The position numbers and the translations under genes are program-made. A DNA stretch of 64,000 nucleotides from Octopus sinensis. Taxonomy: Eukaryota. The stretch spans positions 41,540,001 to 41,604,000 of the forward strand of contig NC_042997.1 in assembly GCF_006345805.1 (NCBI RefSeq). Reading direction: 5' to 3'. The notes under the pieces are model-generated. The model worked only from the letters and a program-made list of their open reading frames with translations, ran no database searches and was not told where the DNA came from. Below, piece after piece: positions 12,490 to 25,264 of this stretch; within the stretch, counting starts at the first letter, position 1, and each line of letters starts with the position of its first letter.

Positions 12490-12805
12490 TTATTACAAAT
12501 GGGGGATTGGGAAATGGAGTATTGACCCATATTGCATCGGACCCTTGTGGGTTGGATACTGTATAATTGGATGTGTTGCATCCTCCGGTGCAGATGCATC
12601 TCATCTGGTGTCTTGTTTTACAGAAGAATCCTCACTAAATACTCTCGGTTTCGCTTGGCATGTTATTGCCAGGAGGTTGTTGGCTATAATGGTATATAAT
12701 CCAAGAACCTACTGACAACAACAACATACCAAGCGACACCGAGAACTCTCCCACCCGCAAGGAATCGATGCAACATGGGTCAAACCAATCGTTGTGATGA
12801 ATAAA
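12490..12805. mobile_element. Fold-back/MITE-like element
   Basis: 12524-12556 pairs with 12750-12782 and 12644-12668 pairs with 12718-12743 (reverse complements). Confidence 0.7.
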
Positions 12806-12900
12806 GTGTCTCGTGAACTTCATTTTACATATTCCTCATTCAACATATATATTTATATATCCAACAGTAATGTATATAAATCTCTCTCTCTCTCTCTCAC

Positions 12901-13006
<106 letters not shown>

Positions 13007-13398
13007 TGTGTGTGTATCTGTGTATGTCTGTGTGCACACGCATCAATTTCATTATTAATTATAGCAACATCAAAGGTATACTTTAGAAATTTTAATCCTT
13101 CTTTACTAGTCTTGATCTGTTAATCATGTGTTCACTCGTGTTCAGCTCCCCTAAAACTTACTATAGTTAGGATGAAAGGTAGATTAAGCTGAAACAATCT
13201 ATTTAGGACATCTTTATCCTGTCTAGAACACATTCTCATAGCAACATCTAGAGGATCTTACGAAGGTTGATTTTGCGGGCAAACATCAAATGTACATGAT
13301 TAGTTTGATCAAGTATACAGTAGAAGACAATAATGACACATTGATATCCATCCTGATTTTCATGTAAATTTTCATTTTCTATTTTTACTTCCACAAAG

Positions 13399-13608
13399 GG
13401 GTCTGTTCAGTTGGATATTCAGAACAAAAAGAAAATGACACCATTGCTTGAAGCCGTTTCCCGGGGTCACCTCGGAATGACACACAAGCTTATAGCCCTG
13501 GGTGCAAACATAAATGCTGTTGATGGTGATGGTAACAGCTGTTTGCACCTTGCTGTGAAAAGAAAAGTGTTTAATTCTGAGGGTGCACCCATGGATTTAC
13601 TAAACGAA
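13399..13608 (+). CDS. Ankyrin-RING-DD gene exon (ankyrin)
   Basis: ccacaaag|GGG (in-frame alternative ttcag|TTG at 13411), GAA|gtaagt; phase 0 to 0; GSVQLDIQNKKKMTPLLEAVSRGHLGMTHKLIALGANINAVDGDGNSCLHLAVKRKVFNSEGAPMDLLNE. Confidence 0.9.
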
Positions 13609-13657
13609 GTAAGTTTTTAAATTGTTTGCGTATATATATATATGTGAGTGTGTGTGT

Positions 13658-13705
<48 letters not shown>

Positions 13706-13784
13706 GTCTGTGTGATTTTGTGTATTTGTGAGTCTTTGTGTGAGTGTGAGAGAGAGACAGACAGACAGACAAGCTTTGCTTGTC

Positions 13785-14260
13785 ATGTATCAATCCTCCC
13801 CTATCAGCTCCATCCTCCATTACCATTCCGTAATCCAGTCTCCCCTTGTGACCCGAGTGATATTATGTAACAAACAATATTCCATCCCCTTTCACTCTCA
13901 AAGATGTCGTCTCACCACGGTCGAGAGGTGACCCATCTCGGTTGTTGGCCATATAAACACAGCCATCACAATGTGACGGAGAAGTGGCCAATTTAATAGA
14001 GGAGATATTATTTTCAATTAACAATGATGCAGGATAGAAGAGATGTCTGAGCTTTATAGTGCTGGTGCCATGGTAAATACATCCAGTCCATTCTATGAAG
14101 AATTCTGAGTGAAACTGCTCTCTATCCTACTTCTTGTACACGACATGAATCCACTGACTTCTTGTGGACATGTCATAAGAATGTTCAATGTTAGGACACT
14201 AGAGAATGACTACAATAAAGCATGGTCCTTAGTGAGTTTTCCTGTATTTAAGTTCTGTAT
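13785..14260 (-). mobile_element. Degraded RTE LINE 3' fragment
   Basis: Frameshifted peptide (HIVMAVFIWPTTEMG...TRGDW) resembles the RTE C-terminal LLWEPT.G.R..GRP...DR..WR region. Confidence 0.45.
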
Positions 14261-15240
14261 GTACACTTAGGCACACACACAATCACACACACACATACAC
14301 ACACACACTCACACACACAGATAAACACACACAAGTAGTGATTTTGAAAAATGCTGTTTAAAGCCCGTTTACTGTATTCGGCTATCCGATGTCATCAACA
14401 GTATGGACTTCAATATTACTGGACTTTTTGCTGTTATCTCAAAAATGAAGCAGTTATTTATAATTCTTATATTTTTCAAAATTAAGATAAACAAAGTACT
14501 TTTTTCTGTTAATCTAAAACATACTCTCCTTCATTTTCTACAATGCTCTTCCATCTATCTGGTAGACTTACAAGTCGCCTCTTCCAAAATTCACTTGTCC
14601 GTGATTAAAAATACTCCTCCATTACTCTTATGACTTGACACTAATTCCTGCTTCCTTTACTTTACCGTAATCATTCAAAGATGCTTCTTGCTTAATTATG
14701 AAAACATTATTGATATGTTTGGTCATGTCTGTGTGGTATTGACTTTGTTATGTTATAGGTGTTTTTGTTTCTGATATAACTTATGTTCTTTCTTCTCATG
14801 TTGTGTTATATTTATATATACAATACTCTTTCTAATGGCTACATGGTCGCCTTTATCAAGCCAATTATATAGATAGGTTCTTGTTGGTTTGTTCTTCCTA
14901 TATTTGACTTTTCTATTGAATATATTGTGATATTTGTGATTGACAAGTAAATATTTACTCATTAATTAACAATAAGCTTGATGTTAATCAATACGGTTTG
15001 TCCTGCTCAATGTAATGACAATATATTTAGAGGGTGTCTCAGTGTTTAAAATAAAGTAAAAACACGAAAATGGGAAATGGACTAATTTAAAGATTATGTA
15101 GGAACTCAATACTTTGTAATTGCTTTAATTGGTGGATAAACAACCTATGAGTAAATTTAGATGAACTTTTGTGTAATTAGGGGCATTTGTTATGAATATT
15201 TGTGTAATATTGTCATCATTTTATATTTCATCATTTGTAG

Positions 15241-15416
15241 TTCTGCACTGTCCTTAACCTGAAAAAGAATAGAAGGCTCTCTGGTATAGTGGTTGCTAGA
15301 TATCTCAGCAGCCAGGGAGCTGACTTTCACCATAAAAACAACAACAATAACACACCATTGGACCTCATTAAGGACCCAAATTTGAGAAAAAAATTAGAAA
15401 CATTTTCACCACCACA
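15241..15416 (+). CDS. Ankyrin-RING-DD gene exon (last ankyrin, mind bomb-like)
   Basis: catttgtag|TTC...CA|gtaagt; phase 0 to 2; FCTVLNLKKNRRLSGIVVARYLSSQGADFHHKNNNNNTPLDLIKDPNLRKKLETFSPP resembles the final mind bomb ankyrin (FL...GAD....N..G.SPLDL..DPNL.K.L). Confidence 0.9.
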
Positions 15417-15970
15417 GTAAGTATTTCCTGGCAATGGAACAGATAAACCAGTACATTTCCTATTTTGTATATAATCATATTTATATGTTTATTTCGTTTT
15501 AATTCTACCAATACATGATACTGTCGCTAGTGTTTTTGTCAAAGGCCACACAATAAACAATATGCAGTTGTTAGGAGATCAAAGAAAGAACACGATTTTG
15601 ATTACATTCACATGATTCGTAGTGTTGACATTTATACTCCACTGTCCACCCCCACCTACCCCTCTTCGTTCCCTATTTCAAAGATTTGTGATCAATAGGA
15701 AAATATAGATCTAAATAATGAAGTGAATGAATTCCATTTTGAAACTGTTACTTAGAATTAAGTGGAATTTATCTGTCTACCAACATCTTTTTCTCACTCT
15801 TCTATGTCCGAACCAGTCAATATTAAGAATGATTTCGTAGAAAAGTAACCTACAAACACACACCAACAGTGTATATATTATACTTCTGCAAATACTGATG
15901 GGACATCGCCACATATCTTCATAGAGAAAAAAAACTGCCAGGAAACGTAAATAATTCAAGTAACACATAT

Positions 15971-16385
15971 AGGCGCAGGAGTGGCTGTGTGGTAAGTAGC
16001 TTGTCTACCAACCACATGGTTCCGGGTTCAGTCCCACTGCGTGGCATCTTGGGCAAGTGTCTTATACTATAGCCCCGGGCCGACCAATGCCTTGTGAGTG
16101 GATTTGGTAGACGGAAACTGAAAGAAGCCTGTCGTATATATGTATATATATATATGTATGTGTGTGTGTTTGTGTGTCTGTGTTTGTTCCCCTAGCATTG
16201 CTTGACAACCGATACTGGTGTGTTTACGTCCCCGTTACTTAGCGGTTCGGCATAAGAGACCGATAGAATAAGTACTGGGCTTACAAAAAGAATAAGTCCC
16301 GGGGTCGAGTTGCTCGACTAAAGGCGGTGCTCCAGCATGGCCGCAGTCAAATGACTGAAACAAGTAAATGAGTAAATGAGTAAAT
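15971..16385 (+). mobile_element. Full-length octopus-type tRNA-derived SINE
   Basis: A-box-like tggctgtgtgg, B-box-like gggttcagtcc, internal (TA)/(TG) tract, 3' gtgctccagcatggccgcagtcaaatgactgaaacaag and a short (gagtaaat)n tail. Confidence 0.85.
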
Positions 16386-16550
16386 ACCATTACTAGGTGT
16401 TTTAGTCGCCTTTCACTCCCGTATTTTATAAGATTTGGCAATTTCTTTGCCATACATCTCTCAGTATTAGCTACTTAAGAAGCAGACACATTTCCCCCTC
16501 AGTGAATATACAAAACTTTCTTTGCCTGTTGAAATTCAAATATTACTCTT

Positions 16551-16754
16551 TTACTTGTTTCAGTCATTTGACTGCGGCCATGCTGGAGCACTGCCTTTAG
16601 TCGACAAAAATCGACCCCAGAACTTATTCTTTGTAAGCCTAGTACTTAATTGCCGAAATGCTAGATTACGGGAATGTAAATACACCAACATCGGTTGTGA
16701 AGCGATGGTGGAGGGACAAACACAGACAGACAAATATACACACAAACACACACT

Positions 16755-16839
<85 letters not shown>

Positions 16840-17002
16840 GACAAGCTTCTTTCAGTATCCCTCTACCAAATCCAATCAAAAAGCATTGGTCAGTCCGAAG
16901 CTATAGTAGAAGTCACTCGCCCAAACTGCCACGCAGTGGGACTGAACCCAGAACCATGTGGTTGGTAAGCAAACTACTTACCAAACATCTACTCCTGCGC
17001 CT
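16551..17002 (-). mobile_element. Full-length SINE of the same family, inverted
   Basis: Reverse complement of the 15971 copy from tail (ttacttgtttcagtcatttgactgcggccatgctggagcac) to head (ctcctgcgcct). Confidence 0.85.
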
Positions 17003-17149
17003 ATTGTTCATAGATATTGATTTTTGGACTGTATAAATATAGATCTGTTTTCTTCAATTGACAAGCCTCAGAAGGATTTCTCTACTTTTACAAATGATCG
17101 TTTATGTGAATGTTGTAATAATAATATAATGTCTATAGAGCGCAGCTGA

Positions 17150-20100
17150 AGTTACTGTAAAGGGGTAAAATAGGGGACAGAAAACTGCAATTAGTCAAAG
17201 AAAGGCAGCAATGGAAGCTAGAAGTAGATGCACGATACATATAATAAAACAACCCGAAAGGAGGGAAACAGTAAAAGAGTTATATCAAAGAAAGATTACA
17301 TAGGTGCATCAGGAAGAGTGTTAGGGAATTTAAGGAAATATGGAAGTTTTGAAGAATGCAGTGTCCTGATAGCTAACAAGAGATATCAGTTTATTTCATG
17401 CTTCATGTTTTGAAGGAACATATTTGGAGCGAACAATTTGTCAAAAACTGGTCGATCAATGATTCCTTTAAATACAGCAATGAAATTTTGTCAGGTGTAG
17501 CAGATTCAGTGGGTTTTTCAATGTAGTTTTATATGTATAAGAAGCAACAGGATACCAAGAATAGTTCCATGCAGATCTTCAGAGGTGATTGTATAGGGTG
17601 AAGAATGTTATCTTAGTTCTGTAACAACTTCTTCTCATCTGAGAATGAAGGAACTGACACAGTTATAATATTAGAACTCATGCCCATTGCAGACAGCTTC
17701 ACCGTATTTCTTTTGTGTGGTATAGAATTAAAAGTTTGAAGTAGGGATAGATAACATCTGTCCATGAGACACTATTTTTGATTTAGATGATGTCTTCAAG
17801 AGGTTCCGTGTGTTGTCCACAGTAACTAAATTTAGAGGTAAATACAAATTATGAGAGATGAATCAAGTTTTGAGAGTTTCAAATGTTCCAGGAATTTCTT
17901 TCTGACTAAGGACTGACTGGATGATAATTAGCAGTTGACGGTTAGACTGACTGGATGGTAATTAGCATTTGATGAATGGTCACTCCTTTTAAACAGGGGG
18001 ACTAAAGTAGCAACGTTCTTCTGTTCCAGAGTAACAGTTAGTAAAGCCGAATTGGAATAGGCTAAAAAACCTGGTGTAGTAGAAAGAGGATGCCAATTTG
18101 GGATAAATAATACCATCAAAACAAGAGGAAACATAATAATTGCACAAATTCTTTAAGAGTTGTTGCAGGAGTAAATTCAAAAGATGTGATGGAATTTAGT
18201 CTCCATAGCAGTGAAGATTGTACATTTAGATTTTCAACGGTAAAAATACCAGCATTGGATTAAGCAGTTGGCTCTTCACAATCTGACTTGGGGATTGACT
18301 TTGAAGAGATTGAAGTCTCCGGTTTTCAATATACGAACTTCCGGAATCTATCCAGGTTTTTCCCTCTGTGTTGGTCCGAATCAAGTGCATCCATTTTAAT
18401 CACCTTTTTCGTGTGGTTGGATGCTCTGTTGTATATTTTAAAATTCTCTCTTCTATGTAATCTGTATTCCCATTCAACAGTTTGTTGATCTTTCCTCACA
18501 AAGTGGACTGCTGCTACGGTCTGTCATATTCCGCTTTTGAGCCCTTGAACATATTTATGTGGCACTCCGATGCTTTGCATATGACTCACATCGGATTAAA
18601 TATTTGCTGTGAGATCTCTCCAGAATCGTAAACGTGAGGTCAGTCAGAACACTGCGACTCAGTACAAAAACACTTCTGGTCAGCATTGTTCCAGTAAAAG
18701 CAAGCAGTTTGGAAGATGATGGTAGTTTTTTTCTTTCTTTCCATTAAAAATATATTGACAAGGTTAGAGAATGATTAGAGCGAGTTAAATATATCTTGGT
18801 AGGGTGGCTGATAATTTCAGAAGTAGTGGTCAATAGCAGATCCAAAGTTTTATTATCTCTTGTGGGAGAGATGACTACATGGGACTAGTTTGAATCCAAC
18901 TCAAAACGAAAGAAGTTGTATTTAGGGGTCAGTGAAAGGCATCCCAGTCAATCCTTCAGTAATTGAAGCCACATGTATGAAAAGATTGGAGACTGTTATC
19001 ATGAATGCATTTCTGAGGATGTGGAAAAAGTGTTTGTGTTAGTTGTAGTTTGGAAGATGAGGAAGAGCTACAAGCAGAGGTGTTAATGTGCTTATATGTT
19101 GCAAAAAGTATATATTGGGACGGTTCTAATCTTGAACAGACATAGACCATCACACCAACCCCGAAGCAATTTGATGTCTTTGTGTAATAAAATACAGCTT
19201 GCCATACTAAATCACCATTGCACAGTAAGGAATAGGTTTAACTGTAATCAAAGAATCAAAATGGTGGATCTTGTTACATAAAATATGGGCATTTAAAAAG
19301 TAATTATTTGTATCCAGATTTAAGCCTGTCATGATTCATAGTGAAGGATATATTGTTTTGTTTAGTTTCTTGGACGTTTTCCATTTGGTGTTGAGTCATG
19401 AGACAAAGGAATTATAAAACGTAACTTCAGGTGCCTATTGGGTGTTAAAGCAAGATGGGTTCGAGAAGCAACTTGGTTTTCACACTTAACGCTATCAGAG
19501 TCTAAACAGTATGCACATGCCTCAGTAAAAGGCTTAACCTAACAAGTCTGGGCTTTGATGCAATCAACACACGTAGCTGATATTTTTATTGAGAAACACA
19601 TTTGAAGTGGACAAGTCAAAAATGTAGAGCAATGATTTCTTTAGATGAATTCGTGTCTGGTAGATTCAGGGACTTTCTCTATGTCTGTGGATTCAGCTGT
19701 AACAAGGGGAAGATTTGTATGTAGGGCATTCTAATATGATCCTTCAATGTATGATTCTGTAAGGAGTTTTGCTTTTAATATCCCTTAAATCAAATTTCCT
19801 ATGTATGGCTATAGATTGAAGACTGTGTTCATGGATGTACTTTTAAGGGTGTGAAAAAAGTGTTTATTTTAATCGTAGCTTGGAGTATGGGGAACAACCC
19901 CAAGTAGAAGTGTTAATGTGTTTATATATTGCAAAAATGCATCTTGCGACGGTTCAAATCATCGCACGGAATTCCTAAAAAGCTTGATCGGACAGAGACC
20001 ATCACACCAACCATGTAGTAATTTCATGTCTCTGTGTAACAAAATGTATCTTGCTATTTATACCACAGCCATGGTGGAGGAAGACGCATGGATCAGGCAC

Positions 20101-20330
20101 TGAAGGGACCAATCAGGTAGTTGAACTATTTCTCACAGTCTTTCAGTTATAGAATAACACTGTACTTTGTAATGGCCTGAGATCAATGTGAAGTTTGTGG
20201 TGCAGTGATGGCAGATGGAAACATGACGTTTACTGCATTCAACTCATCACTTTTGAAAATAATTCCCTGGTTATGTACACACTTATCGTATATAAATCTA
20301 AAGTCATTACTCTAATTTAGAACAATGACT
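17150..20330 (-). mobile_element. Old, heavily degraded CR1/L2-group LINE (APE + RT remnants)
   Basis: Minus-strand remnants: IARYILLHRD...G (APE), DGIIYPKL...KNVATLVPLFKRSDHSSNANYHPVSLT (RT N-terminus), HGTILGILLLLIHIK (QGSVLGPLLF-like). Confidence 0.6.
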
Positions 20331-20618
20331 TGTTTTGTTGTATAGATCAGCCATACATGAAACTATAGCAATTGTGTCCTATCTGTCCATCCATAAAATT
20401 CAAAGTCAAATGTCTAAGTATAGACGACTTCTTAAACAGATTAGATACAATCAAGTGTTATATGTATGTATATATGTATGTATGTATGTATGTTTGTATG
20501 TATGTATATACGTATGTATGTATGTATGTATGTATGTATGTATGTATGTATGTATGTATGTATGTATGCATGCATGTATGTATATATATATATAAACACA
20601 CATATATATATACATATG

Positions 20619-20669
<51 letters not shown>

Positions 20670-20679
20670 GTATATATAC

Positions 20680-20770
<91 letters not shown>

Positions 20771-20772
<2 letters not shown>

Positions 20773-21796
20773 TTTGATACTTTGATACTTTGATAGGTTT
20801 CGGCCATTATTGGCCAGGCCATGTCTAACTTAATAGCACCACCTGGTGAAGTCTTTCAAGTCAGAATTTGGGCACTATGGCCCACTCAAGTAGAGAGTTA
20901 TTGTTTACAGAGACATATCCGGGTGTAGGGGGTTTATCCGGGATTTCTTGAAGGAATCTGTCCAAAGACTTCTTGAACCCTATAGGGTCAGTTTCTGTTT
21001 TAATGTGTTTTGGTGTAATGTTAGAGAGAGCGGGGCCAATTGAGGTGAAATAATTGTGCCGTATTGTTGTTATGAGATGAGAGTGCGATTTTTGTTTTGG
21101 GCGGATGGCACGGGGCCCAAGCCTTGGATGTACCTTAAAGGTGATGCCAACATCATTTGGGCAATGCTGATGGAATATTTTCCACATCATGCAGATGATG
21201 TAGCGCTCACGACGACGTTGGAGAGAATAAAGTTTTAGCTTTTCTAGTCGACCCCAATAGTCGAGGCCTGTCATGCCATCTATCTTTTTTGTGATTGCCC
21301 TTTGAGGTGCTTCAACTTTTATGATACTTTGTTTTGTGTGGGGAGACCACAGTGGACAACAGTATTCAAGGTGGGATCGGGAAAAAGTGGAGAAGAGAAG
21401 GATAATGGTGTGGATATCTCTCGACTGGAAAGTTCTGAGAATCCAGGAACACATTCTGCGGGCCATGTCAACTTTGGTGTTTATATGAGTGGCCCAGCTT
21501 ATGTTGTTGTCCACAATTACTCCCAAGTCTCTGATGTTGTTGGATGCCACGAGAGTTTCACCTGAAGGAAGGAAGTATGGGAGTTTCAGGGCATCCTCTT
21601 TTCCAAAGTGGATTAACTCAAATTTATCCTCGTTCAGCAGCATATTGTTTTTTTCTGCCCATTGGATAACAGCCAGTAGATCTGACTGAAGGCACGTCCG
21701 GTCACTCGCCTCATTTATGACCTTCTGTAGCTTGGAATCATCTGCAAAGATTTTTATGTTGCTGTGCTTGATGATGTCATTAATGTCATTAATGTA

Positions 21797-21798
<2 letters not shown>
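20771..21798 (-). mobile_element. Young 5'-truncated CR1/L2-group LINE (RT C-terminal half and 3' end)
   Basis: Uninterrupted ORF from [23 protein letters not shown] to NNSLLEWAIVPKF* (stop at 20861), short 3' UTR and (ATCAAAGT)3 tail at 20771-20794; (TA)n on both sides. Confidence 0.88.
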
Positions 21799-21877
<79 letters not shown>

Positions 21878-21898
21878 CATACATACATATATATGTAT

Positions 21899-22131
21899 GA
21901 CTGACCAGTCCGTCGGGCGTCCATTTGACAACACTGGTCACAGCACGCTGTCCACTCCTCTCTGGATCGCGCCTTCCTCATCCACGTGATCCCAATCGTC
22001 CTCCTGAAATCGTAACTCCACCGTCGTGGAGGCCTTCCGGGTGGTCGTTTTCGCTCGCGCGGGTACTACTCGACAACTGCGCGGGTCCACCGATTATCGG
22101 TGAGCCGGCCGATGTGCCCAGCCCATCTAAA
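21899..22131 (-). mobile_element. 5'-truncated RTE-clade LINE 3' end
   Basis: The minus strand translates [59 protein letters not shown]; GC-rich; (TACA)n/(TATG)n on both flanks. Confidence 0.85.
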
Positions 22132-22132
22132 C

Positions 22133-22163
<31 letters not shown>

Positions 22164-22511
22164 TGTATGTGAAGTATATTTCTGGAATATATGTTGTTCA
22201 CTTTGCGTAAATCAGTTTTTGTGATGTATCAATGTCATGACATATACTTATTAATATTTGTGTCCATTTATATATGTGTGTGTGTGTGTGTGTGTGGTGT
22301 GTGTGTGTGTGTGTGTCTGTCTGTCTGTCTGTCTGTGTTTGTGCGTGTGTCTGTGTGTCTGTGTCTGCATTCATATACACACAAATTCGCCCATATGTAA
22401 TTGTTTAATTGTGGTGTCGCATAATATTATCTACTGTAAATATGCACACAATGTAATATTTGTTATAAATGAATGTTATTAATGGGATGTGTTCATGTTT
22501 TTGTTCCTCAG

Positions 22512-22654
22512 ATGTGTGTTTTGCGAAGACGAAGTGGCCACAGAGACGTTCTTTCCATGTAAACATCTTTCGCTCTGTAAGAAATGCTGTCCCCCAAAGA
22601 TACCTAAACGATGCCTCAAGTGTGGACAGAAGTTAACGAGCAAAAATAGTTTGG
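22512..22654 (+). CDS. Ankyrin-RING-DD gene exon: RING-HC finger
   Basis: ttcctcag|A...G|gtaaga; phase 2 to 1; (Q)CVFCEDEVATETFFPCKHLSLCKKCCPPKIPKRCLKCGQKLTSKNSL fits CxxC-x11-PCxH-xxx-CxxC...CxxC, like the first mind bomb RING. Confidence 0.92.
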
Positions 22655-23468
22655 GTAAGAATACTGTATGATCTGTCTGTTTGTCTCATGGGCTTTATGG
22701 TGTGGAATATTGTATTTCATGTCGTTGTGTAGATCCAGTTCTGCCTTAATCAAGCACACTTTTGATAAAAGATGTTCCAGGTGTCTTTTCACTGTCATAT
22801 TATGTCTCTCACTACTCCCACTAAACTTTGTTCTTGTCCAATTAGAAGACTTGTCACACTTTAAGATGGTTACTTTCTGCAACATAAAAATAATAAAGAA
22901 TACTGAATTATAAATGGTGATTAAATATCAATAAATCACCAAGGTTCTATCAGTAAATTCTGACATTTTGTGTGTGATTAGAGTGATTAATGATTTATCA
23001 ATATCTTCGGAAGCTGAAAATTAAAAATAACTGCATTTATATGAATATCAGAGTGAGCCTTTATAAAATAGGAGACTCAATAAGAAAATCTCAACTGAGG
23101 GCTTAGGGACCAACATGAGAGAGGGGACATCAAAAGGGTGGGAAACTTTGTTTGATGTATAGATTAGTATTCCTGAGTATATCAGCTTTCTGAACCGTTT
23201 CAAATATTTTCACAGCAATAATGTGTGGACGACAAGTTTTATGTCGTTAATGAGGTTTTGTGTGAATGTAGTGTGTTAATTTAGGACACGAGATATCACT
23301 TCCTGTTAGACCTGATGTCACTTTCTGTTCGACCTGCTTTATTCAGGAGGATGAATGACATTGAAATATTTTCAAATATTTCCCCACACCTGATTACTTT
23401 CTGGAGAACTGTGATGTGGGTAATTAAGATTAAAGATTACTAGTAGTAACCAATAACAAAGAGACCAG

Positions 23469-23502
<34 letters not shown>

Positions 23503-23631
23503 TGAAGTGGTGTTTCGTGTTTGGGGTTGGATATTCGATGCGCAACTTGGTTGACATTTGAATTAGGCAGAAGATGAGACGAAAACCATAACGAAACTTT
23601 AATGCCTGAAACTTGAACATATTTTTTTCAG

Positions 23632-23697
23632 AGGCTCCAACGCGTGGGAAGTTCACGACGGTGTCAGAGCCTACATCCTCTAAATCACAGCCAGTTG
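23632..23697 (+). CDS. Ankyrin-RING-DD gene linker exon (66 nt, symmetric phase 1-1)
   Basis: atttttttcag|AG...G|gtgagt; (E)APTRGKFTTVSEPTSSKSQPV is S/T/P-rich; skipping it would keep the frame. Confidence 0.7.
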
Positions 23698-24600
23698 GTG
23701 AGTATAATATTACAGCATCATATTAAAGCTTCTGGACCGATGGCTGTAAAAGTGTAAACGTGTAAAGCTAAGTGAATAAAATAATATTGCAAAATTTCGG
23801 TTTTTCTCAGGTACTTCCTCGAATACTTTTCAAATATTTTCACATAATAATGTGTGAGAGATATCATGCTTTTTCGCCCCCTGTGCAGAATCTAACCATT
23901 ACCCACATGAACAAAATGCCCTTATGATGGAGAATGTATGACGTTCAAATATTTGCAAACATTTCTTGAGTTACATAACATTCCGGTGTACAGTGATGTG
24001 ACAGTTTGTGTTCCACCTGTGTAGAACTAATCATTTCTCTGCTTTAAAAAAAAGTTGCTTTAAGAAGGAGTCTTCAAATATTTCCTGAATCAGATGGTGA
24101 ACCATGATGTTAGTTAAAGATTACCAGCAGCAACGTTAGCAAATGCATGTCTATTCTACTTGGTGTGAGGTGTCATGTGTTTGTGGCTGCATGTTTGATG
24201 GCAAACTGGTTTAATATTGGAATTAAGCAAATGAGAAGAGTGTTGGTTAGTGAAGTCTAGACACGAGAGGCCAATGCCATGTCATAGATTTCGCACAGAT
24301 GTAATGGAAGAAATACAAAACTAAAAAATTACTGTGATAATTAAATTGAGACAATAGTAACATTATTACACTATTTAAGAAACCGTAATAGAGATAGGAA
24401 ATTTAGAAAGGTTAGTGTATTTTGATGTGGGCCTAAGTATTGAGCTATTATATGAGGCCTCCGTGGAAAGTATAATGCTGACCGAAACCATAGTGGTCAC
24501 CAGTTGACCAATTATGATAGGATTTTCTCACAATAATAAATATAGATCATTAATAAAGAAAATTAACTTTAAGTATCTAATTTCGGAATATTTATTTCAG

Positions 24601-24672
24601 AGTCTCCAGTGTTAGATGAAAAGTTTCTCCAAGATGTCGCACAAAATTTAGGAGGAAAATGGCAACAAGTCG
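24601..24672 (+). CDS. Ankyrin-RING-DD gene exon: death domain helix 1
   Basis: tttatttcag|AG...G|gtgagt; phase 1-1; (E)SPVLDEKFLQDVAQNLGGKWQQV matches the death-domain L..IA..LG..W..L start. Confidence 0.88.
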
Positions 24673-25167
24673 GTGAGTATAAAATAACAGCACCTAATTG
24701 ATTTATATAAGTTTCAGACTGAAAAAAAGATCCCATTCCTTCTATCCAATTGAAAGGTTAGCTTTAAAGTGATTCTTTAAAGTGACTCAGAAAATATCCA
24801 CCGAGGTCAGCAGTTTTGATAATAATAGATAGGGGACATATTTGAGAGTACAGGACGGCATCATTAAATGGTCCTTTCTCACAGCTTTCTGTGTATATTG
24901 TGTGACATGTAGCCTCTCCACTGTCCAGTGTCCATCTAGTAGTGTACCAGGCATCACCCACATATAGTGGCTTATTGTATGTAGGTGAATAACGTAGAGG
25001 TTGGTGAGTCCTGCCTTCTTTCCTACTAACTAAAACTCTTCTCATTTCTAGCTTTATCCATTATTGATTTCTCTCTAAATCATGGCATTGACACCGTGAA
25101 AGAAATGCGGATCATTTCTTCCTTTTTTTTTTGCTTTAACTTTTGAAATTTGAAAATCAAGGAAAAC

Positions 25168-25224
<57 letters not shown>

Positions 25225-25230
25225 CATATG

Positions 25231-25264
<34 letters not shown>

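Noticed and set aside
15971-16050. tRNA-like heads with A/B boxes (also 29805, 48625, 52400)
   Set aside because: No complete cloverleaf; they continue into SINE bodies.
23811-23860. Strong-looking acceptor tttttctcag|gtacttcc as an extra exon
   Set aside because: The phase-1 frame hits TGA within ~15 codons and no donor precedes it; it lies in the duplicated intron block.
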